Source: Candidatus Dojkabacteria bacterium (GTDB lineage Bacteria; Patescibacteriota; Dojkabacteria; SC72). From it: 41,743 bases of DNA. Each line of letters begins with the position of its first letter. Position 1 is the stretch's first letter. The notes under the pieces are model-generated. The model saw only the letters and a program-made list of their open reading frames with translations. It ran no database searches and had not been told where the DNA came from. The stretch is from the NCBI GenBank assembly GCA_035377085.1, contig DAOSSC010000001.1:1-41743 (forward strand), in the 5' to 3' direction. The position numbers and the translations under genes are program-made. Positions 17,217-24,135 of this stretch are shown here, piece by piece.

Positions 17217-19457
17217 ATGTTAAGAGATATTCCAAAAACGTTTGAATCTCAGGATATTGAAGAAAAAATCTTTCAAATGTGGGAAGAGAGCAAGCTAGCT
17301 AACCCCGAAGTAGTAGAGAAGTATTTTCAAGAAAAAAGCAGAGATATTAAAAAACCATTTACGATTGTACTACCTCCTCCTAATGCAAATGGTAACCTTC
17401 ATTTAGGCCATATGTGCGGATATTCATACCATGACATATTGGCAAGATATATGAGGATGACAAACCATCCTACTCTTCTTGTTCCAGGCAAAGATCATGC
17501 TGGAATACAAACAGAAACAGCATTTACAAAAATTCTTGAGTCAAAAGGAGAAAGTAAGTGGGATATTGGCAGAGATGAATTCTACAAAAGATGTTATGAT
17601 TTCTGTATAGAGAATGCAGATAACGCCAGAAGACAAGAAAAAAGAATTGGTCTTTCAGCAGATTACAGCAGGGAATTTTTTACATTAGATCCTAAATTAA
17701 CAAAAATTGTTTACGACACTTTCTACAAGATGTATGAAGAGGGGCTTGTTTACAGAGACAAGAGAATTGTAAACCAATGTCCTAATTGTAAAACAGCACT
17801 AGCGGATATAGATACTGAACATGAAGAAAGAAGAGGAATTTTCGCATATATTAGATATCCATTTGTAGTTGGAAACGGGAAAGATGGGATAACTGTTGCT
17901 ACTACTCGTCCAGAAACGATGCTTGGAGATACTGCCGTTGCAGTTAATCCTAAAGATGAAAGATACAGTAAATATATTGGTAAAAAACTTCTTTTGCCAA
18001 TTGCAAGTAGAGAAATTCCGGTTATTGGTGATGAGGAAGTAGATATGGAGCTAGGCACAGGAGCTGTAAAGGTTACCCCTGCTCACTCCCCTGTTGACTT
18101 TGAAATTGGTAAGAAACACGGACTGGAAATTGAAAATGTAATAGATTCCGAAGGAAAGATGACTGGAAATATACCAGAGAGATTTAAGGGAATGACAACA
18201 GTAGAATGTTCAAAAGCTCTTTGTGAAGAGTTAGAAGATTTAGGATTACTAGAGAAAATTGAAAATATTAAACACGAAGTATCAATATGTGAGAGATGTA
18301 AGACTCCAATAGAGCCAATCATCTCAAATCAGTGGTATCTAAATGTAGAAACCTTAGCACAGAAAGCTCTAGGTGCGATCAAATCCGAGGAAATTAAAGT
18401 GATACCTTTTGGGCAACAGAAGGCATTGGAATTTTTCTTTGAAAATATTCAACCTTGGTGTATATCTCGACAGTTATGGTGGGGACAGAGAATTCCTGTT
18501 TGGTATAATGGGGGAAAAGAACTGTATGACTGGTTAAATGAAAATAAAGGAAAAAGTGTAGCAGACTATGAAAATGAAACAGGAAAGAAAGCGAATGGAA
18601 CTGGTGAGATTAAGCTAGGAGAAGATAATCCTGGAGATGGTTGGGAAGCAGAAACAGATGTCTTTGACACATGGTTTAGTTCAGGACAATTGCCTTACTC
18701 TACTCTAGGAGGACCAGATGGAGATGATTACAAGAAATACTACCCTACACAGATAATGATTCATGCAAGAGATATCATTTTTTGGTGGTCAGCACGAATG
18801 ATAATGATGGGATTGTACAGAACTAACCAAGTACCATTTCCTACTGTCTTTTTAACTGGCATGATACTTGCAGCAGATGGAAGTAAGATGTCAAAATCTA
18901 AGGGTAATGGTATAGAGCCAAGTGAAGTTTTTGAAAAATATGGGGCAGATTCTCTTCGACTTTGGTATTACTCGGATGCTCTTCCAGGTTCAAATGCACC
19001 AATTAGAGAAGAGAAGATTAAAGGGAACAGAAATTTTGTTAACAAGATATGGAATGCCAGTAGATTCATATTAATGAATATTGATGAAAGTGAGATAGAG
19101 GGTATTAAGAATCATGAGCCATTGGATACAGAAAGAATTAGCAGAACAAGAGAGCACATTCTTAGTGTTTCCAGATATATTGAGAAGTACCAGTTTAATC
19201 TTGGAGCAGAAGCGATAAGGGAATTCTTCTGGCATCAGTTATGTGATGTATGGATTGAGGAAATTAAAGAAGAGATTAAAGATCAGCCGATTGGTAGTGA
19301 TATTAGAATTGAGAAGCTTTCCGAATTACTTTGGATATTGAAAAACAATCTTAAGATTATGCATCCTTTCGTCCCGTTTGTTACTGAAGCTGTATGGCAA
19401 GAGTTAGTAAAGATTGGTCTAGCAGAGGATTTGTTAATGGGAGAAGAAATAAAATAA
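17217..19457 (+). CDS. valS: Valyl-tRNA synthetase (short form, no C-terminal coiled coil)
   Basis: 746 aa. The HIGH motif is PPPNANGNLHLGHM and the KMSKS motif is KMSKSKGN. The editing-domain signature is TRPETMLGDTAVAVNP...GTGAVKVTPAHSPVDFEIG. Confidence 0.9.
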   Translation: MLRDIPKTFESQDIEEKIFQMWEESKLANPEVVEKYFQEKSRDIKKPFTIVLPPPNANGNLHLGHMCGYSYHDILARYMRMTNHPTLLVPGKDHAGIQTETAFTKILESKGESKWDIGRDEFYKRCYDFCIENADNARRQEKRIGLSADYSREFFTLDPKLTKIVYDTFYKMYEEGLVYRDKRIVNQCPNCKTALADIDTEHEERRGIFAYIRYPFVVGNGKDGITVATTRPETMLGDTAVAVNPKDERYSKYIGKKLLLPIASREIPVIGDEEVDMELGTGAVKVTPAHSPVDFEIGKKHGLEIENVIDSEGKMTGNIPERFKGMTTVECSKALCEELEDLGLLEKIENIKHEVSICERCKTPIEPIISNQWYLNVETLAQKALGAIKSEEIKVIPFGQQKALEFFFENIQPWCISRQLWWGQRIPVWYNGGKELYDWLNENKGKSVADYENETGKKANGTGEIKLGEDNPGDGWEAETDVFDTWFSSGQLPYSTLGGPDGDDYKKYYPTQIMIHARDIIFWWSARMIMMGLYRTNQVPFPTVFLTGMILAADGSKMSKSKGNGIEPSEVFEKYGADSLRLWYYSDALPGSNAPIREEKIKGNRNFVNKIWNASRFILMNIDESEIEGIKNHEPLDTERISRTREHILSVSRYIEKYQFNLGAEAIREFFWHQLCDVWIEEIKEEIKDQPIGSDIRIEKLSELLWILKNNLKIMHPFVPFVTEAVWQELVKIGLAEDLLMGEEIK

Positions 19458-19506
19458 CAGGGAAAACTGGTGTGATGAAAACCATAATGGTTCTCCCTGT
19501 TATTTG
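19458..19506 (+). terminator. Candidate terminator after valS
   Basis: CAGGGAAAAC (19458-19467) pairs with GTTCTCCCTG (19490-19499) with one mismatch. There is an inner TGGT/ACCA stem, followed by TTATTT. Confidence 0.45.
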
Positions 19507-19739
19507 AGTTCGGATCACCTCCTTTCAGTACTTAGACTTCCAGGATTATTCACATCCGACTCCTTTCTTTAGTGGAATCTTTTTCCGTTCGTTCTCCCAC
19601 AAGGTTTCTGTTTCTTCCTTTCCGACACTTTTTTCTTTTTTTTTGTCACATATTCCTCCGATGTATGGATTGGGAAACAGTCCCATTAACAATTGTAAAG
19701 AAAAATCCTCGTTATGTCCATGATGTCTAGAGAAGAGAA

Positions 19740-21215
19740 ATGAAATGTAATATAATCAAAAGTATTATGAACAAACAAAAAATATATATTACAACTACAC
19801 TTCCCTATGTTAATGCAGAACCGCACATTGGTCATGCCTTAGAATTTGTACAAGCAGATGCACTCTCAAGATATTTTAAAAACAAATTAGGAAAAGAAAA
19901 TGTTTTTTTTAATGTAGGTACAGATGAACATGGACAGAAAATATTTAACAAAGCAAAAGAGGAAGGATTATCTCTTAACGATTTTGTAGACAAATATGCA
20001 CAAAGATTTAAAGACTTTTGTAAACTATTCTTTGTTGAATATGATAACTTCTACAGAACCTCTACTCCAGAACACCACGAAGCTGCAAAAACCTTTTGGA
20101 AAAAATGTGAAGAGAAAGGAGATATATACAAGAAGAGATACTCTGGAAGATATTGTGTCGGATGTGAAAGATACATAACAGAAAAAGAATTGGTGGATGG
20201 CAAATGCCCAGATCACAAGACAATTCCGGAATTAAAAGAAGAAGAAAATTACTTTTTTAAACTTTCTACATACAGAGAACCTCTTTTGAAATGGTTAGAT
20301 GAAAACAAAGATTTCCTTAAACCAGAGTCTAAAATTCCTGAATTGAGAAAAATAATTGCAGAGATAGAAGATATTAGTATTTCAAGACTTAAAGAGAATC
20401 TTCCATGGGGAATTGAAGTTCCAGATGATCCAGAACAAGTTCTCTATGTCTGGTTCGATGCTCTCACTAATTATGTAAATGCAGTTGGTTTTGGAACGGA
20501 TGAAAAAAAATTGAATGAATGGTGGCCTGCAATACAGCTATGTGGTCCTGACAATTTGAGATTTCAGGGTGCTATATGGCAAGGAATGCTTGCTTCTGTT
20601 GGACTCCCCCACTCTTCTAAGTTGCTTGTACATGGAATGGTTTTAGGTCCAGATGGAACAAAGATGTCTAAAACCATTGGAAATATTATCTCTCCTTTTG
20701 ACCAAGAGGAAAAATTTGGAGCTGAAATTGTAAGGTTCTATCTACTTACGGGCATAACGACATATGGAGATTGTGCATACAAAGAGGATGACCTTATTAA
20801 TATGTATAACTCAAGATTAGCAAATAATTTCGGTAATCTTTTAAACAGAACAATCCATCTTGCAAACAAAACCGCAGTTAATATCAACAATGAGCAATTA
20901 GTAGAGGAAGATTTCAAAAAGACTGTAGATACATATGTGGAAGAAGTCCGAAGATTGTATGAGGATTTTGAAATATCTCTTGCTGGAGAAAAAATAGATG
21001 AGTTAGCAGATTTTGGGAATAAATATATTACAAAAGAAGAACCTTGGACTAAGGAAAAAGAACAAACAGAAAAAATTCTTAACAACCTTAGCTATCTTTT
21101 AGAGAAAGTTATACATCTTTACAACCCAATAATTCCACAAAGTGCTTCCAGTGCAATACAGCATCTTATTGCTAGAGAAACAGTAATACTTTTCCCTAAA
21201 ATAGAGAGCAGATAA
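19740..21215 (+). CDS. metG: Methionyl-tRNA synthetase (short form, no C-terminal tRNA-binding domain)
   Basis: 491 aa. The HIGH motif is YVNAEPHIGHALE and the KMSKS motif is KMSKTIGN. There is a zinc knuckle, CVGCERY...CPDH. An alternative start at 19767 (MNKQKIYITTT) is possible. Confidence 0.9.
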   Translation: MKCNIIKSIMNKQKIYITTTLPYVNAEPHIGHALEFVQADALSRYFKNKLGKENVFFNVGTDEHGQKIFNKAKEEGLSLNDFVDKYAQRFKDFCKLFFVEYDNFYRTSTPEHHEAAKTFWKKCEEKGDIYKKRYSGRYCVGCERYITEKELVDGKCPDHKTIPELKEEENYFFKLSTYREPLLKWLDENKDFLKPESKIPELRKIIAEIEDISISRLKENLPWGIEVPDDPEQVLYVWFDALTNYVNAVGFGTDEKKLNEWWPAIQLCGPDNLRFQGAIWQGMLASVGLPHSSKLLVHGMVLGPDGTKMSKTIGNIISPFDQEEKFGAEIVRFYLLTGITTYGDCAYKEDDLINMYNSRLANNFGNLLNRTIHLANKTAVNINNEQLVEEDFKKTVDTYVEEVRRLYEDFEISLAGEKIDELADFGNKYITKEEPWTKEKEQTEKILNNLSYLLEKVIHLYNPIIPQSASSAIQHLIARETVILFPKIESR

Positions 21216-21273
21216 TACATTTATATGTGATTATTATGCTATACTAATTTAGAAAAGATTTTAAAACTGCCAA

Positions 21274-21831
21274 ATGTTTAAATCAGAAAAACAACCAAAA
21301 TCTATTGATTTCCTTGAACCCGTATATTCTCCTACTGACATATGGTCAAATGCATATATATGGTTAACAGAAGTTGGAAAATATCTCTTAATTGCCGTTG
21401 AGGTTGTTGTTTTGGGAGTATTCTTCTCTAGATTTATCTTAGATAAGAGAAACAATGATTTAACCGAGGAGGTAAATAGTAAGGTTACTCTACTCTCTAA
21501 TGACACATGGAAGAGCAACGCAGTGCTTTTTGACAACTACCAATCTCTGCTTGTGGATGTTAAGAAGATTCGTGAAGAACAGGAGATTAACTCCACCACT
21601 ATAAGTGAATTAATAAACGGAGTACCTTCTTCTTTGAAGGTTAAGAACTTTTCTTTCTCTCGAGGGAAAGTTGCTTTTCTTTTTACAGCCAATAATATTG
21701 ATGCCATAAAGAACTACGAAGCTGCACTCAAAAACAATACGGATTACCATGATGTTAGGTTTTCAATAACCAAAGATTCAAACGAAATAAATGTCCGAGT
21801 AACTTTCTCTTTGTTTGAGGAAAAAGAATAA
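21274..21831 (+). CDS. Bitopic membrane protein, PilN-like (low-confidence functional call)
   Basis: 185 aa: a short cytoplasmic N-terminus, the TM YLLIAVEVVVLGVFFSRFIL, a coiled segment, then VPSSLKVKNFSFSRGKVAFLFTANNIDAIKNYEAAL, which resembles the PilN periplasmic pattern. Confidence 0.45.
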   Translation: MFKSEKQPKSIDFLEPVYSPTDIWSNAYIWLTEVGKYLLIAVEVVVLGVFFSRFILDKRNNDLTEEVNSKVTLLSNDTWKSNAVLFDNYQSLLVDVKKIREEQEINSTTISELINGVPSSLKVKNFSFSRGKVAFLFTANNIDAIKNYEAALKNNTDYHDVRFSITKDSNEINVRVTFSLFEEKE

Positions 21832-22448
21832 TGGAAGAAAAGAATATAAATACAACAGAATATATAAAGATAATTAAAGAATCTCCTGAGAAGAAGAAGT
21901 CATATATCTTTGTCGCAGTAACTGTAGCTGTAGCAATTGTCCTTGTAATATTTGCTATCCGACCAACGATTCTAACAATTACTAGAATTAACAAAGAGAT
22001 TAAAGATAAGCAACGGATAGATGAAGCGTTAACGAAAAAGATTGAGACTTTAACAGAGCTGGATAAACAGTATACACAGGTTAAAGATAGTTTCTCTGGT
22101 TTAGCCCTTATATATCCTGCAGATGCGAACTTCAGTTTGTTATTAGCAAATATTGAATCCGTAGTTTCAAGAAATGGTTACTCTCTTGGTAGTGTGGGCT
22201 TTGACAAATACGACAAGAATGATAATTATAAAATAAATGCAAAATATCTCGTACCTTGGTCTTTGAGAGTCACAGTAAAGGGAAGGGTTGGGAATATAGT
22301 AAACCTTCTAAAAGATTTTGAGAGTATGCCAATGTATCCAGTTGTTGAGTCACTCTCCTATTCTAGCCAAGTAGATAAAGATGGTTTAACCACTTTTGGT
22401 ATCAATATGAGGATATATCATATAGAAAATAGTAATTTTTACGAATAA
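21831..22448 (+). CDS. Bitopic membrane protein, PilO-like (low-confidence functional call)
   Basis: 205 aa. The start overlaps the previous stop (ATAATGG). The layout is a TM, a coiled coil (INKEIKDKQRIDEALTKKIETLTELDKQY), then IYPADANFSLLLANIESVVSRNGYSL...RVTVKGRVGNIVNLLKDFESMPMYPVV, typical of the PilO fold pattern. Confidence 0.45.
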   Translation: MEEKNINTTEYIKIIKESPEKKKSYIFVAVTVAVAIVLVIFAIRPTILTITRINKEIKDKQRIDEALTKKIETLTELDKQYTQVKDSFSGLALIYPADANFSLLLANIESVVSRNGYSLGSVGFDKYDKNDNYKINAKYLVPWSLRVTVKGRVGNIVNLLKDFESMPMYPVVESLSYSSQVDKDGLTTFGINMRIYHIENSNFYE

Positions 22449-22452
22449 AAAT

Positions 22453-22695
22453 ATGGAAATGTTAAAAAAAGCAATAATTGCTCTAATCCTACTAGGGGTA
22501 GTTGTTCTTGCCTGGGTTGGTGGTTCTATTTACTACCAAAATACCAATATAGAGGTTAGTCCAAACGCACAGGAATATACAAAAACTTTGAGAGATTCTT
22601 TTGATTTAGAGGAATTAGAAAAGATAACCGAAAGGACAGAGAATTCTTTTCCAGTATCTCCTTCCGAATTTACTGTTTTAATACAAGGGAATTAA
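22453..22695 (+). CDS. Small N-terminally anchored protein, third gene of the PilN/O-like trio
   Basis: 80 aa with the [24 protein letters not shown]. It lies 4 nt after the previous gene, and its 3' end overlaps the rpoD 3' end by 4 nt. Confidence 0.45.
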   Translation: MEMLKKAIIALILLGVVVLAWVGGSIYYQNTNIEVSPNAQEYTKTLRDSFDLEELEKITERTENSFPVSPSEFTVLIQGN

Positions 22696-23771
22696 TCGAT
22701 GTAGTCGTCTAACTTCTGTTGTGCAGATTTCTCTTTTAATTTCTTTAATGCTTTTGCCTCTATTTGTCTAATCCTTTCTCTTGTTACTCCGAATTCTTTT
22801 CCTACTTCTTCTAATGTTCGTGATACTCCATCATCAAGGCCAAATCTGAGTGAAAGGACTCTTCTCTCTCTATCTTGGAGTGTATCTAATATATCTTTAA
22901 GTTGGTTTTTTAGATATTCAGCTGTAGCAAAATCTTCTGGAGACTGAGACCAATCATCAGGGATAATATCTTGAAGCTTACTATCCTTTTCTTCCCCAAT
23001 TGGTGTAGAGAGAGGTGCAGGGTTTTGTTTAATTTTTCTAATTTCTGCGACCTTACTAAGTTCAATATCCATTTCTTTTGCAATTTCTTCATCTAATGGA
23101 GGTCTTCCAAGTTTTGTGGTTAAGACATTGTTCACTTTGTTGAATTTGTTGATTGTTTCAATCATGTGTACTGGTACACGAATTGTTCTTGCCTGATCTG
23201 CAATTGCTCTGGTTATGGCCTGTCTAATCCACCAAGTAGCATATGTCGAGAATTTGAAACCTTTTTTGTAGTCAAACTTCTCTACAGCTCTCATTAAACC
23301 GATATTTCCCTCCTGTATTAAGTCAAGCAACTCTAATCCACTCTTACTGTATTTCTTTGCAATACTAACCACAAGTCTTAAGTTTGCAGTAATGAGCAAT
23401 TGACCTGCTTCTTTGTCTCCGTTTTCAATTCTTTTTGCAAGAATCACCTCCTCTTCACCGGTTAAGAGAGGGATTCTTCCAATTTCGTAGAGATATGACC
23501 TGATTGCATCTGTAGAAAGGCTGGACTGGATAGTCTTAAGTATTCGAATCTTCTTTTCGAGGGTCAATTCCTCTTTTACAACCTCTTCCAAAGTATCTTC
23601 CGGCTCAAGAACCTCTATCTCATTCTCCTGAAGGGATTTGAAAATATCGTCTAGCAATTCAACATCTTCCTCGATAGTAGGAAAGATATCTAATAGATCT
23701 TCTTGGGTAAGAAATCCTTGGTCTTTACCCTTGTCTACCAAGTTTTTGATTGCTTTACTTTTATCAGTCAT
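22692..23771 (-). CDS. rpoD: Primary RNA polymerase sigma factor (sigma-70 family, RpoD-like)
   Basis: 359 aa. Region 1.2 reads [17 protein letters not shown]. Region 2 reads [53 protein letters not shown]. Region 4 reads [27 protein letters not shown]. Confidence 0.9.
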   Translation of the reverse strand: MTDKSKAIKNLVDKGKDQGFLTQEDLLDIFPTIEEDVELLDDIFKSLQENEIEVLEPEDTLEEVVKEELTLEKKIRILKTIQSSLSTDAIRSYLYEIGRIPLLTGEEEVILAKRIENGDKEAGQLLITANLRLVVSIAKKYSKSGLELLDLIQEGNIGLMRAVEKFDYKKGFKFSTYATWWIRQAITRAIADQARTIRVPVHMIETINKFNKVNNVLTTKLGRPPLDEEIAKEMDIELSKVAEIRKIKQNPAPLSTPIGEEKDSKLQDIIPDDWSQSPEDFATAEYLKNQLKDILDTLQDRERRVLSLRFGLDDGVSRTLEEVGKEFGVTRERIRQIEAKALKKLKEKSAQQKLDDYID

Positions 23772-23796
23772 ATTTTAATTATGGTATAATTTATAT

Positions 23797-24135
23797 ATGG
23801 ACAGCAAAAAAGACGATTTAAATGACAAAAAACAGTTTTTTATAGATACAATTGCAAGATTTTGCGATAAGTGTGGGTCTCCATTTGTAATAGAAGATGT
23901 TAATATACTCCAGAGAACCGGAATATCCAGCATTATACACTTTTCGTGCCATAATTGTAAATCGAAACATATTGCTACATTCATTTCTCCAATTGGAATG
24001 AGTCATAGAGTTCCTGTAAATACAGATTTGTCTGTAAAAGAAATTAGCAAATTTGCCCAACAGAGCGAGACTTCTACTCAAGAGATTCTGGATATATATA
24101 TGTACCTAAAGAAAAATTCGAAAGTTTTAATCTAG
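23797..24135 (+). CDS. Small zinc-ribbon protein (CxxC...CxxC), function unknown
   Basis: 112 aa with CDKCGSPF and FSCHNCKSKH about 30 residues apart. It fills the whole gap between two minus-strand genes and has a protein-like composition. Confidence 0.55.
   Translation: MDSKKDDLNDKKQFFIDTIARFCDKCGSPFVIEDVNILQRTGISSIIHFSCHNCKSKHIATFISPIGMSHRVPVNTDLSVKEISKFAQQSETSTQEILDIYMYLKKNSKVLI

Noticed and set aside
19512-19526. Truncated 16S rRNA gene or rRNA operon remnant.
   Set aside because: Only the terminal 15 nt match. The preceding sequence has no similarity to 16S helix 45 (no GTAACAAGGTA...AACCTGCGG).
19560-19660. SRP (4.5S) RNA on the minus strand, because GTGTCGGAAAGGAAGAAACAG loosely resembles GGUCCGGAAGGAAGCAGC.
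   Set aside because: The GGAA tetraloop is not closed by complementary bases. No 3'-side partner strand with the conserved GGCAG/asymmetric-loop residues is present.
19458-19739. T-box riboswitch upstream of metG.
   Set aside because: The location upstream of an aaRS made this attractive. However, I found no T-box sequence (no ...GGGTGGTACCGCG-like element), no AGAGA/GNUGGA stem I features, and no terminator/antiterminator pair next to the start.
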